A stretch of DNA of 64,000 nt from Owenia fusiformis (lineage: Eukaryota). The stretch lies in NCBI GenBank assembly GCA_903813345.2, contig CAIIXF020000001.1:35216001-35280000 (forward strand), in the 5' to 3' direction. Both the position numbers and the translations under genes were made by a program. Below are positions 13,083 through 45,600 of this stretch, in pieces; positions within the stretch are counted from its first letter, which is position 1, and each line of letters opens with the position of its first letter. Under the pieces are notes generated by a model, which saw nothing but the letters and a program-made list of their open reading frames with translations, made no database searches and had not been told where the DNA came from.

Positions 13083-14393
13083 TAGATAAAGCTTTTCTTT
13101 TCTTCTTTTGTAATTTCAGCACAGCAATTTGCACAACTTATTTGTCAATGCAACTCTTAACTTGTGATTATGTTCAAGCTTGATGACTTATCAGCTGATT
13201 ACTCAAGCTTGCAAAAAACTTCCAATCTGGGTGTGTTATGAAATTGTTAATTGTTCCCTTGTGAGACTTCTTAATATAGATATCTCAAGTAATTTCTAGA
13301 TGTGTGAGAACTCTCATTGAATAGATGATCATTGTACATACAGTAATCACAGCTAAGTAGGTTCTTCAAGTATAATCTTCCCCTTTGCAAGCAACTCATG
13401 GTTGTATTACTCTCTCTGAATCTTAGATCAGTATAAGATGTAAAAATCAAGAAGATTTAGATTTGAAAAACAATTTTGACATCTGATATTGATGAGAAAA
13501 TGAGAAAGACAGTGTATGTTCTATCATTTCTGATTTGATTTCTGTAACATTGACTTTTGGAAACACTATTCAGCATCTGTTCATCTAATCAATTACTATA
13601 CCAAGTTTGAAGAAAAATATTATACAGTAAAGTGGTGATTGCAAAAATTAGGAAAATGACCTGGATTTTAACCTTGACCTATGAATAAGGGTATTGTTGA
13701 AAATACTAGAGCAATTTAGAATCCCACAATAAATTTTATGAATATTGAACTTTAAGAGTAGCCACTAAAATTAGAAAAAGTTACTGACTTTTAAGGTCTT
13801 GATTTCCCAAATCTGAGTGTATATCTGTGATATTGTTTTAACTGATATTGTTTTAACTTATTTTAAAGTCAAAATGAAGATTTTAAAACATTGATTTTTT
13901 AAACTATTTTCAATCTGGAGTCTAATAAAGGTCAAATGATATCTTATTTAAGGCAGGTTTGACCATTTCAGTGTTCATCATAAGTCATATTAAAGGCAGA
14001 ATCAGATCTAGCAAGATCATGAAAAATTGTTTCAGTTTTAGAAAAGTATAGTCTATATACTGTATTTGAAAAAAATAATACATGTAAATGTACATTCATT
14101 TTTCTGTAAATATGGCTACCATTTTATTATTTGGGAGAATTTAAACATTTTTTCCCCATTTTGGCAATTGGAATCCTCAATAACATCACCATGTACATGT
14201 TGCTTGCAATTTTGTGACTCCCTGATTCTGCCATTAAATTGCTACATTATGTTTGCTGTATCATCTGCATCTTTATACTGTACAAATAAAATGACACCTT
14301 CACGTTTCCAGACTCAGACAGGCTCAGTATGACAGTATGATGAATAACGGATTAACCATGTCAACCCATATTTAATACTGAAGATACACTTAA

Positions 14394-15127
14394 GTTGACA
14401 CTACTTAATTTGGTGGATTTGCTCAATTTCAAATATTGGCGGCTATTTAATTTGGCGGAGTCAGGACTGAGCTCAAGTTTTATCATAGATCTGGAAATAA
14501 ACATTTCAGATTCATGTGTTCTGCTTTCAGAAAGTCTTGGTACAGCACTGACATCCAAATAGGAATACTTACACAAGGGAAATAATTGCAAAGTACTAAT
14601 TCTATAGGGATTTTCCAAAATAGATCTGTAAAGTTAAACTTTACAGACCAACGAAACGATATGCTTTATACATTAAATGATGTATGTGCTGACAATCCTG
14701 ATATAAACCTTAACTCTCAAAATGTTATCAAAGACACAATTCTCTTTGGGAACAAATTGACGATACAAAACAGTTGACGATAACGAACGATTGATTTTGG
14801 CACTACACAAATTTATAAAAAGTACGAAGAGATTTTAATTTTTTTGTCTAACTTGAGATGTCCTCTCTACCCAAGTCCATTGTAATATGTTTGTTTTTTC
14901 TTTATCTTTATTGTAACTGCATGTATTTAAATTCTGTACTTATATTTGTATCATGTAATTGAGAAGCATTTACATTAGCAAATATGCTATTTTGCTAATC
15001 AGAATAAATATAGTATAATGACAAACAAAATAGATATGAAAGTTGGCAGATTTTTAATTTGGGGGATATTTTCAATCCGCCAATCTGTCAAATTAAAACG
15101 GAAGCCAAATTAAATGTATCTATAGTA
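14394..15127. mobile_element. Degenerate MITE with a nested LINE 3' fragment (~14630-15030, +)
   Basis: Approximate TIRs TACTGAAGATACACTTAA / TTAAATGTATCTATAGTA and AATTTGGCGG subrepeats. The insert translates across a frameshift as FTDQRNDML..ILFGN..LHKFIKSTKRF*, resembling a CR1-group ORF2 C-terminus, followed by AATAAA. Confidence 0.5.
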
Positions 15128-15587
15128 AGTGAGGCGATGTATGAGTCACATTGTATGCATTGAACTGAAAGTGTTTAGACATGTGCATATCATGCATCAA
15201 TGATGGAGTAATGAATTCAAAATTGCCAAATTAAATACTTGTTCAATGCATTTCTTGTTATAAGGAATATACCAAGATGGCCAGAGCCGTTTAAATTTAG
15301 AAAAATTAGAAGGTATTGTCAATCAACATTACTGACAAAACTGCCAAATTAAATAGACGCCAATATGTCCGGTATTCAAAAAACGGCAAATTTAAGACGA
15401 TTACAGTATTAAATGGTAAAATCAGATAGAGAAAGCTATTTTACTAGAGGCTATCATTATTATTGGTACATTTTACATTTTTTATTTTGCCGGACTGGAC
15501 TGGAAACTGAAAGTGCTTCAAAAGACCAATGTTTACTTTTGTATTTACACATTTTATCATTTATTCTTCAATAAAATTCAGCATATA

Positions 15588-15761
15588 CAGGGGTTTCATC
15601 AGCAGCAGGCAACAGGCGATTTTCACTGGTTGTTTTCACATAATCGCCTGTTGTTTTAAAGGACTTTTCAACTTTTGCATGTTAAATTTATGATTTCCAT
15701 CAATTTTTCCAGTTGTGTTCATTTATTTAGCCTGTTGTGAGAAATTCTAGTGAAACCCCTG
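15588..15761. mobile_element. Short MITE
   Basis: TIR CAGGGGTTTCA / TGAAACCCCTG flanked by TA; internal part resembles ~9685-9765. Confidence 0.6.
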
Positions 15762-15980
15762 TAATATAGTAAGGTATCATAAGTTTTGTTTTAGAATTTG
15801 TTAGTTTGTTTTTAAATGAGAATCAGGCTGGGATGTCGTTTGATAATTTGTCACCCTTTTATAGTTAATAGTTCTGCGCCAGAATAAGATATCTTAACAA
15901 ATGATACTTACTCCTGGTTTGGATCAAAGCAAGGATGAAGTTACCCATAAATACAATAATGAACTGACTTATTACTGTAG

Positions 15981-16060
15981 ATCATGCCCAGAGAACATTA
16001 CAACAAGATCTAATGAAAATCTTCAATAACATAGAAATACGGAAACGTATGTGTATGAAG
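15981..16060 (+). CDS. Candidate upstream PASK coding exon
   Basis: tgtag|AT CAT GCC CAG...ATG AAG|gtaact; open frame (HAQRTLQQDLMKIFNNIEIRKRMCMK) ending in phase 0, compatible with the exon at 18268. No homology support seen. Confidence 0.4.
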
Positions 16061-16239
16061 GTAACTTGAAATTAAATATAGTAACTGTGTAATAGAGTAT
16101 GCCCTGCCTTGCTTCGCAATCATCTCTGCTTATTTGATTGTTCAGATATGTTGATGTCAGCTATATAGTATATGAGTCATCCAGACACACCCTTTTTAAT
16201 CATTAACCCCATTCAGCCACATTAACAACATCAGCTCTT

Positions 16240-16420
16240 TAATCCAAACCTCTTCAGTACCATCCAAGAGAGACATGTTTACAACACCCGAAATAGGGTA
16301 AACTATGACAAACCCAAAATTCGAACAAATTATGGTAAAGCTTTGATATCTTTTACTGCACCATCAATTTGGAATTCATTACCTATTGAAATAACATCAT
16401 CTGGAAGTATTTTTATTATG
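16240..16420 (+). mobile_element. LINE (CR1/L2-group) ORF2 C-terminal fragment
   Basis: Translates to HVYNTRNRVNYDKPKIRTNYGKALISFTAPSIWNSLPIEITSS, typical of this group's ORF2 tail. Confidence 0.55.
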
Positions 16421-18267
16421 AAAAAAGATAGTAGCATTCATCACACAAGCAGATCCCCAATCTGTACATTTCATGTTTGATGATAAACACGGGAATATAC
16501 ACAAGAAGTGTCACCTGTTGTTGAAATATATATGAATAAATAAATAAATAAAAATAAAATAAAAAAATCACAGTCAGATACATTTGCATCAACTCAGCTT
16601 GATGGCAGCAAGCATCATTGACTGTATCACAATATTTCACCCTCAATTTTCATATAAAACTCTGAGAAAATTGGCCCTTTCTCTCGCAGAATTCAGCATT
16701 TCAACTCGCAGAAAACTAGGGGGTATATCATGCATTCCTTATTACTTGGATTAGTGGCCTGTTATAGGAACAATTCATTGAGTGTTATTTGATTCAAGGT
16801 TGTGTTTGGCCAAACTGCAGCTATACCATGCTTCATATTAATAGAATAATGCATATATCTATAGAACCAATATATTTCCTGACAATCAATGATAATCAGT
16901 TTTCTATCAGTTATGGAATTTGATAGAAATCCCATTTAATAACTGTTCTATATGAAAATGGCTCTGAGATAATTACAATGTGGATGCTAACCTGAAATCC
17001 AGAGACTATCAGTAAAAATCTTAGTATCTCATATAATAATATTAATTAATTAATAATAATACATAATATTATATTCACAAAGATATTCAAAAGATTTTTA
17101 TGGCAATGTTTGTTATATTTTACTTATCACATTGGTTTAAATATGAAAGGTAATATCAGCTATAAATAACATACTGTAATGTGATGGAAACATTCAGTTT
17201 AGTCGCCTGATTAGAGTTGTTAAATATAAAGATTTAAAAGTTAAGATTTTATTGAATCATCAATTTTATAAGATTAATCTCTATCATCATTACAATTTTT
17301 TGTACTTTCCTGAAATGCGATTTTATTTCCAAAGGGAGATCTGCTATTTATAAATTCTGAATGATTGATATGGTGTTAAAGATATATGATTTAAAGTATT
17401 CTTTCCTACATAATGCAAGGTTTTTGTATTAAAAATAATTTGTTGTAGTAGTTGTAAAAGTAGAAGGAAAGGGAAATGGAAAAAGGAAATAGATTTGTTA
17501 TCTAATATTGATGAAACAACAGATGTTCAAACAATAGTTTATCAGTATTTCATATACTGTAGTTAGATATCAAGCTAGTGTTGCAATGATTGATTGTTGC
17601 ATACTAGGTTGAAAGAGATGTTTTCTCTGTCTCAGAAACCTTATTATGATATGTCTGTTATTTTTATTGTTTATAAGTCATGGTTTAATTTAACAACTTT
17701 TTGGGGTAAACCCCATTTTTATATGCCCGAGTTGTACAAATACCATAATTTATACACTTTCTGGCTCACAGGGTGACCCTATGGAATCACCTACTTACCC
17801 GTTTGTCTGTCCAACTGCATATCCAGCCATCTCTCTAGCCATCAACAATTTGGCTATTTTCTGAACAAATGCTATTTTCAATTTGATGATGATCTCTATA
17901 CTGGTAATTTAGACCACCAGTTCCAGGTCTGACTTAAGTCATTTTTGAGAAAGCAGCTTTTACTTGTCAGATCACATTTCTTACAATATCCAAGTCTGTA
18001 TCATTTATATTGTTCCCAAATCAGATAATACATGTTATGATTGATATTGGGATTAGTAGCAGTGTCAATTTCAAGTTCTCGAGTTTTATTCTTTTCAATG
18101 GACACTCCATACATTTTGCTAAAACTTCTTGATAGTATATAGATTTTTGCGATTATTCTTATTTATCATTTATTTATTAGAACATTTTATGAACATTTAC
18201 AAATGTATGTAAATGATTTAAATCCAAAATAATTTATGTTAATCATGTTTAATTCTGTGTTTTTCAG

Positions 18268-36198
<17,931 letters not shown>

Positions 36199-36734
36199 AC
36201 TATTGATTGACACTGAATTTTTTCAGGAATTAAGAGATGGTGTCCAAATGTTGACAGTTGATTTGAAAAATCTTGGTTTCCCTTTCACTTTTTTAAATAA
36301 TCAAATCCCCTTATTATATCTGTTTTCCAGAACTGGTAACACGTGGATACCATTCCTAATCTGGTTATTTGTAGTTAAATAACTGAAAAAATAGAATACA
36401 TGTACTGTAGAGAAAAAATACTGTATAGAACTTATGGTGATAACTTACAATTTCTTAAGATGGTTGGCTGCTGTGTTATTGAACGTTACTTTTAACTGTA
36501 CTGTTATTTAAACAAAGAACAAATGAAATATTTTCTATTTAAACCCATATATAGCAGGAAAACAGACAGACCTGACATCTATGAGTATTATCAAGCCTAA
36601 TTACCTATCTGTGTCATATGGCAACTTGTATTTTATAGGATCACAATATTGATGCAAGATAGTATGATAGATTTCACATGTATAGAATATATTTACAAAA
36701 GCATTATCAGGTCGGGCTCTATGCATCAAAACAG

Positions 36735-37090
36735 ACAATACTCAGTATGTTGGTCTGAGGTAATTCAATATGTACCACTGGGGTACTTCATTATGTACCT
36801 CAGAGTATTTCAGGATGTTCATCTGAGGTAATCCATTGTGTCAATGTGTACATCTGGAGTAATTCATAATGTAACTCTGGGTAAATTCAGTATGAACTTC
36901 TGGGGCAAAATGTATTTACCTCTTGGGTTCTTCAATATGAACTACTTCAATATGGACCTCTTGGGTACTTCAGTATGTACCTCAGAAACTTCAATAGGTA
37001 TCTCTTGGTTAATTCTGAGGTAATCCAATTACCATTGTGTAACTGAGGTATTTCAGAGTGTACATCTACGGTAATTCAGTATGTACCCTA
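36735..37090. repeat. Degenerate ~22-bp tandem repeat downstream of the PASK stop
   Basis: Recurring variants of CTGAGGTAATTCAGTATGTACCT, roughly 15 diverged units. Confidence 0.65.
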
Positions 37091-38774
37091 TAGTGTAAAG
37101 CATGAGTGCAATAACATACTCAGAATGAACTTTAACACATATAATATACTAGATTCTTTTTATTTGTTTTGGAATCAAAATTGAAGAAAGCAAAAATTGT
37201 GGTCGGTGTTCTGTACAGGCCTGAAGTACATGTACATCTTTTTGTTATTTGTTATGGGCCTATTGAAATCTATTTGTTTCTATTTTCCACCAATGACAAA
37301 GGTCATATCAGAATGTAAAACCCATTTTCAAGATGACAATTTCAATATTTTTAGTTTAGTTACCTAGTTGCAAGTAGGTACCAATTTCATCACACGGTGA
37401 CTGATTCAAATCAGATAACATGGGAGACAAAAAAGCTCCCTTAAACTTGGATTATAGACTTAAAATTTAGCCTTGACATTTTTACCACACCAAGCTTGCA
37501 TGGCATAGAAGCTCCGCAGCATGATAAATTGTAAGCTACAATCCATTGGAATCCAATGGATTCTCAACATGAATTCTTTGTTTGTCACTATGCAGTTCTT
37601 ATTACCATTCTCATGTACAGGTGTATGAATATATTGTTGGACATGATATAGGAACACAGGATATATAGGAATGATTTTATTTATCATATTGAGGAGTTTC
37701 TATGTCTGTATGTCATACAAGCTTGATATGGTTAAAAAAAACTGATGTCTAAATAAAAACTCGAATATTGGAATTGACATTTAATTTACCATCTGCCATT
37801 TTGAAAGAGAAAGTAATGGCTATTAGCCTCTCCAGATTCTGATGAGTGAATGAAGGTAAATGATATCTCTTGAGTTTTTTGCCAGAACCCAGGACCGCTG
37901 GGTATAGGTGGTCAATCCAACTAATATTTCTGTTGATGAAGAGCCCCATTTTGCCCACTGTGCCTATTGAACTGAATCAAACATGTTAATACTGTTGTTT
38001 TCAACCTATGCAGGTTACATAGTGTATTTTTAAAATATGTTGTACATTGGTAACAGATATATTTAAATTGTATAGACATGAATTTTGACTTTATCATAAA
38101 GGATGTATTACTGTTATAATTCATATTGTTATGGTTGTGAGATTCTAAATATGCAACTTTTATGATAATGGATGTTTGCAAGCTTTCGATGTCTTGTTAA
38201 CTTTCTTTGAATGTAAGTTGAGAGCCATTGGTAGCCAGTTTTGATGGCAACACAGAAATGATGAATACAAAAGCTGCCTCAATGCAGTTATAAATGGTAT
38301 TTGCTATAATGCTTCGATTGAATACAGGCAATATTATTGAGAAGCTCCCTTAGTACAATGTTTTAACTCATACTTTTTATATCAATACAATTTTCTAATG
38401 ACATTTTGCGTGGAATTAATGTATAGTAGATAATTATGAATGTTAAGTTTGGACTGTAGTGATATGTGTGACATTACTGCATATTTTGAATTGGATTGAA
38501 TAGATCATGGATATTGTGGATAACCATGGTAACTGTCACAAGTTTGTCTTTTTCTGTTTTTATCTATGTAGTTTCTTAAAGCATTGCCAGGGTGACCATT
38601 TTCAATGCACATGCAATTCAACACCTGTTGGTGTATAGTATAGTGAAGATTCCAGATTTTAATGGGAATTTTTTTCATTTGTGTACATTTTCTTGAATAT
38701 CTCAAATAATGTTTTAAAACATTTGAATGTCAAATATATTTATTATTATTATTTCAAAGAAGAATAAATTTATA

Positions 38775-40319
38775 CAGGGTGGGCCAAAAAAAACCACCCC
38801 CCTAGCCAATATTCCTGATAAATATTTATTTTTTAACAATTACACCAACAATGATATATCATATAAAAGATTATTTAATTTGCAACAAAATGATATATAA
38901 TAGCACCATTTTCAACAACCCAATATAGAAATATGACCATTTATGTGACATGGGGGTCAAAAAACACCTTTTCAATTTTCGTTGATTTTGCGAACAATTG
39001 CCTATTTCTACCAAATTTTAGTAAATTACAACATTGTCATGAGTCTTTCATAATTGGATATTATATATTGTTTTCATTCAGTTTTTGAACCACACATGCT
39101 CAATATACATGTGTATGCTTATAAAACTAATTCATTTCTTCTTCAGTCTGTCCAAAAATAGCTCAATAGACCCACCCCCAGGACCCATCCTCTGATTGGA
39201 TTATTCGCTTAAGACGCGGAAGCCATTGGTTGATGGCATAATTGATTGATGTATGCAGAAGTACCATTCAACTACTAGTTATTCTTTCTTTTAGTTCCTC
39301 TACATCCCTGATAGGCTGGGTATATTTAAATACCAACTGTTCTAGATGCCCCCAGGTATGGAAATCAACATTATTGGCAACTGGACTGCCAGTAAGCCAT
39401 TTTTCTGGGCTAGAGATGGTGACATTTCGAATCTCCAAAAACTCCAGGGTAGCATTGGACCTGTGTGATGGAGCACTGTTCTATCAGAAAATGAAATTTC
39501 TTTCACATGTTTTTTATATTCTTGAGGAGTCCTTTTTTACCACCTCATGTCATTAAAATTCAGAGTATATTTTTGCTCCTGGTTCAAAAAACAGGGCCTG
39601 TATTGTCTTTCCTTTTTGGGAAACACCGAGTGGACACCACCTACCTTTCAGAAAAATGTCATCTCGATTTGAGTAGCCTTTCATCGCAAATGTCACTATT
39701 CTTGCTTACTGATATAGAGTATAGCCTTTTGATTACATGTATAGGACTTGGGGCATTTAGAACAGTTGGCCTATGGAGATCCCTAGACCATCAGGGGTGT
39801 AGACAAACAGAAAGAATGAATAATTAGGTGTTGGATGGTACTTCTGCAGAGCTCCATCAATTATACCAATGGCTTTCGCGTTTTAAGCGAGAAATCAAAT
39901 CAGAAGTTGGGTCCGGGGGTGAGTCTATTGAGCCATATTTGGACAGACTGAAGAAGAAATGAATTAGTTTTATAAACATACACATGTATATTGAGCATAC
40001 AAGGTTCAAAAACTGAATGAAAACAATATATAATATCCAATTATGAAAGACTCATGACAATGTTGTAATTTACTAAAATTTGGTAGAAATAGGCAATTGT
40101 TTGCAAAATCGACGAAAATTGAAAAGGTGTTTTTTGACCGCCATGTCACATAAATGGTTATATCTCGAGCCAGAGTTGTTGAAAATTGTTCTATTATATA
40201 TCATTTTGTTGCAAATTAAATTATCTTTAAAATGATATATCATTGTTGGTGTGCATGTTAAAAATTGAATATTTATCAGAAATATTGGCTAGGGGGGTGG
40301 GTTTTTTTGGCCCACCCTG
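38775..40319. mobile_element. Non-autonomous Tc1/mariner-type element with ~490-bp TIRs
   Basis: TA|CAGGGTGGGCCAAAAAAA...TTTTTTTGGCCCACCCTG|TA; inverted similarity continues to ~39270 / ~39830. Confidence 0.9.
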
Positions 40320-42633
40320 TATGTATTGTAACAGAAAAACAAAATGTACATTTGCTATTTTTGAATCAATTTTATTTCATTTCATCTGTCCAATTTGTTG
40401 ATTAATAAAATGTTCATAAACAAGATAAAGGGCATACAACAGACCCTTGATCCAAATATACCAACTTGGGCAATTTTAAATTACCTTTACACAACAAAGT
40501 GACTGAGCAGCACATTGACACAGAAACAGAGGTATTCAATGACATAGACAGCCAGACAGCTGGTCAAAGATGCCTACATTAATGATTAAACTAAACTTCT
40601 AATATACTTCTAAAGAATGCTTTTCTGCAGATCCAGATGTACATTCAATATAAAGATAAAAATATAAATAAAACACAGAGAACACACAGCTTTAAAGTCA
40701 ATATACAGATGGAGACTAGTTTCTGTATAATGTAATCTAATTTTAGTTCGCCAAATGTTCAAGATATTTAGTCCAATATCATGCATTTTTACATAAATAA
40801 TCATGCACTGAAATTGTGCAGAATATAAACAAATTTTCATTGCGAAATTAATGTAGCCTAACTATAATCTGATCCCAGACTTGGAACAAAAAAGTTAAAT
40901 AAGTATTGCTGAACAAAAAAAATACTTTTGTGTTTTTATCAGTCTCAGTTTGACAGAACTGCATTTCCTCTTTTAATGCAAAGGCATTCATTAAAAAATG
41001 ATTATGCGGATGTTTTAATTATATATAGGCCTAAATTATACTGTATAATCATTATTGATACAATATTAGCAATTGCACTTTTATAGTGAGACATAGTGTC
41101 TACTTGATGAACACATCATCAATGTATTAACATTTTGATGATTTCAGACAACCTTCAACTTTTACCAAAACGCACCTCCTTTTATAGTTCACAAATATTT
41201 TATCTGGTGATTCTGATGAAGCAGATCATAAGTCAATCGTGTGTTTTGAAAATCATGATGCTCATTTGTTTTACATTGCTTCCTCTTGTTCATAATCTTA
41301 AATAATGTCTTTACTTACACATTTCAAGTATATATATTCATGCAGTGTTCTCCCTAGGAAATTTCTCAAGTGGGTGCAAAATTCTTAATTTCACAATTTT
41401 TAAAATCTCAGAGTGGGTGCAGCGCCCACTTGCTTTAATGCTGGGGAGATCACTATCATGTCACTGGCTTTATAGAACAGATGCACAGATCTTTTACCCT
41501 CAAGTTGTACAAATATAAATCTTAACAATACCATTGTCCATAATTGATGAGTCACACTTGACATACTGACATAGAGATGTTATTTACTGGGATGGATTGA
41601 ATATGTTTTACACCGAGACCCTAAACGATATTTCTTGACCAAAGAAAATATACCACTGACAAAGTTCTCAATTCATTTCCCAGGAAAAAACCTCAGTATC
41701 AAGTTTCAACATTAATGTACAATAAGATTTATACAATAATAAGGATTATCAAATATCACATATATCCATGAATCGCATTGATAATGATGCAACATTAAAA
41801 TTAAAATGTTTAACTTTAATTTGAATTGAAACAACTTTGTCTTTTTTGTTGAAGATATATTTAACAGTAACAAAAAATGTATACAAACAAACAGCGTGAA
41901 GAAAAAATTATAACACGAAACATGATATGATAATAATATAGAGATACAATTTAATATTTTTTTCTTTATCCCATGATTTATGTGTTATCTGTTCAATAAC
42001 AGCTGAACAGATAGTAATATTTCTGATAATATTGAAATCTGTGTGATATTTTTCAGAAAATCTTTAATCAACCTCATATGCGGTTGATATCACGCAAATT
42101 TGAAATTTGTTGAATTTATTATTTTAATTATGGGATAAACCCAATATCAGGTAATTTCTAGTGATATCATTTAATTGCCTTGAAGAGGCAATTAAACAAG
42201 TGACCGAAGTGAATGAGTGTTGATATAATTTGATATCAACTCGTCAATAATAAAAAAGATATCACTCAAAATGATCTGATATTCTGCACAGACATGATAA
42301 CCAATAATTCATTCCAATGCAATCAGCATTTGAATGACACACCAATCTTCATTTGAATGACACACCAATCTTCAGCTTCCCTGTACACAACATTTCCTGA
42401 GATAAATGAATATACTAAGAACACTTGAATGTCATTTAAAATTAAATATGATATTTTAAGGTTTGCTAAGTATGGTGTGGAAAATAACTCCTAAAATGCA
42501 TCTGCTGGAGTGATGAAATCCTCAATGAGATAACAACAATAATATAATATTAAATTCTCACTCTTACTGAGGCCAATGCATTATGGGAACAATTTTCCTA
42601 TTTGAAAAACCTAAATCTACGGTTTGGTAATTA

Positions 42634-45600
42634 TCAATGGTTCATCTGGGGTGAAGAAATATTAACTTTGCTATCACACATCATCTCTATTGCTTTGAGT
42701 TGCTCCTTGCCTTTATCTGTTGTATTCCGTAATTTTTTCTACAAATAAATCCATACAAACATTATTATTTCCAATGCAATTTTATTTTACATTCAACAAA
42801 TAGACCCATATCATTAAATTTTTAACAATTGGTTAAAATTATTTTGATACAATAAAATGCAACTGAAGTCGAACTTCAATTCAATATATTCAGTCTATAA
42901 TTTTCAATTACCTCGTATCGTTGTTCTATTTGCTTGGAGGCCCACATTCCATATTTTGAATTCTTACTTTTGGATTTGGAATCATTGTGTGCATAATGGC
43001 TCGAGCTCTGGAAGAGATGGAAAGATTAATAACATAACATGTATTTCCATTTCATTAACTATTCTACTCTAGGAATTCAACTATATTATTTTGGACAGGC
43101 CCTCATTATTTTTATATCTAGGTACTCAACATTTAGACACTTAGCCTAACTGAACATGAGTAACATGCCCTTGCATTATAGGTGTTCAACATTATGATAC
43201 AAACAAGGCCCTCATGTTATACAGCTAATCACAAATAAAACACTGAACAAGGCCCTTGTGTTATATAGCTACTCACCAATAAAATAACAAACAAGGCCCT
43301 CAAGTTATATAGTCACTGACCAATAAAACACTAAACAAGGCTCTTGTGTTATATAACTACTCACCAATAAAATATCAAGCAAGACCCTCATGTTATATAA
43401 CTACTCACCAATAAAACACCAAACAAGGCCCTTGTGTTACATAACTACTCACCAATAAAATATCAAGCAAGACCCTCATGTTATATAACTACTCAACAAT
43501 AAAACACCAAAAAAGGCCCTCATGTTATATAGCTACTCACCAATAAAACACCAAACAAGGCCCTCATGTTATATAACTACTCACCAATAAAACACCAAAC
43601 AAGGCCCTCATGTTATATAGCTACTCTCCAATAAAACACCAAACAAGGCCCTCATGTTATATAGCTACTCACCAATAAAACACCAAACAAGACCCTCGTG
43701 TTATATAGCTACTCACCAATAAAACACCAAACAAGGCCCTCGTGTTATATAGCTACTCACCAATAAAACACCAAACAAGGCCCTCGTGTTATATAACTAC
43801 TCACCAATAAAACGCCAAACAAGGCCCTCGTGTTATATAACTACTGACCAATAAAACACCAAACAAGGCCCTCGTGTTATATAGTTACTCAGCAATAAAA
43901 CACCAAACAAGGCCCTCATGTTATATAAATACTCACCAATAAAACAACAAACAAGGTCTTCATGTTATATAGCTACTATAGCTACTCACCAATAAAACAC
44001 CAAACAAGGTCATCATGTTATATAGCTACTCACCAATAAAACACCAAATAAGGTTATCATGTTATATAGCTACTCACCAATAAAACACCAAACATGGCCC
44101 TCGTGTCATATAACTACTCACCAATAAAACACCAAACAAGGCCCTCATGTTTTCTGGATTCAGTTTTGCAGCCTGAGAGAAGTAAGAGAGAGCTGTGGCA
44201 TATTCGCCTTGGGAATATTTGATCTGAAAGTAAGAATACAAAAAATTAGCATTGATTTTTCATTTCTCATTATTAATCACTTTTTTACGTAGGCAATACT
44301 CAGTTATAATGTTTCAAACATCCATTGATGTAAACTGTATAATATTCAGATATGTGAAATAGACGATGAAAAATTTGCCCAAACAGAAACTGATATGTTG
44401 AAGAGACCATTAGGTCAACTATAAACTATAGCTTATTGCCTCCACTTTGCAAGAAGAAAAACGTGTCTTGCAACAAGTCTTCTTCAGGTTGGGGGTGTCA
44501 CAAGGGCTTCAAGCAAGACTAAGGAATAACATACTTCTGCATATCTCTGGTAGTAGAGATGGTTATGTGGGTTTTGCAAGATGAGTTCTTCCATACAAAA
44601 GGCAGCCTTTTGGAAGTCATTCTGCCCAAGGTACAAGTCACAAAGCTCACCCCATGCCTCATAGTCACCACAACACCTGCAATCATAAAATAGTGCTACA
44701 ATTATAAGAATGTAATAAAATTCCAGTTCAGAGCCCAAGAACAGAATATATAAGTATAGTTGGAGTGTTACTTTGACGTAAGTCGTCAAAGTAACATACA
44801 TTGCTAATATAATGGACTTTCGTCAATGTAACAAAAGCGAGGGGCTAAATATATGAATTGCAACTTTATTTACGAAACAAATTCCAAATCGAAGAAACTT
44901 CTATAAAACTATACTATATTTTCTAGTTTTGTGCCAAATTATAATCTGCAACTTGACTTATAAAGAGGTTTAAATCGAGAAACTGTAAATAACTTACTCA
45001 TTTAGGTATTTGGTAAGCTGCTCAATGGCCTTTTCATAATTGTTCTCACACTTGTGAACAGCAATAAGTCTCTTTTTGGCAAACTGTAAATACATAACAT
45101 AAGAATTTAGAACAATACAAGTACTTTATTCTTAGCAAGACATATTCATATAATATTCTGGATGATCATACCCGTGTAATGGATAAAATCAAACAATGAA
45201 ACTTCAATGTTCAATAAGATTTCTCAAACAGGGCAAAGAGGAATCAAACCCTTTTCAGGGACAATATATCTCAAATGATATTTAAAATGGCTGTGACTGA
45301 TAACAAGAAGTACTTTAAATGTAGTCCTATTCCAAAAATCTGAACAAGATATTATACCACTGTGTACATCTTTGGTACCACAAAATAGTGTTCCATGTAC
45401 AAAGGTTCATTTTATTATTTTACTTACTTTTTTTATTTTTTTTATTTACTTTACATTTTAAAAAATGGGGCTTTAAAAAGAGTTCTACTTGAGAGTTACT
45501 TAAACAGATTTTTCACTTAACAGGTTTTACTATAAAAGCAATTTGCCAAATGTGGTGTAAATAGACAAGTACAACTTACTTGGTTAGTTGGATCTCTTTG

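Noticed and set aside
43198..44151. CRISPR-like array (also considered for 56981-60641)
   Set aside because: Units are contiguous with no unique spacers, there are no cas genes, and the context is eukaryotic.
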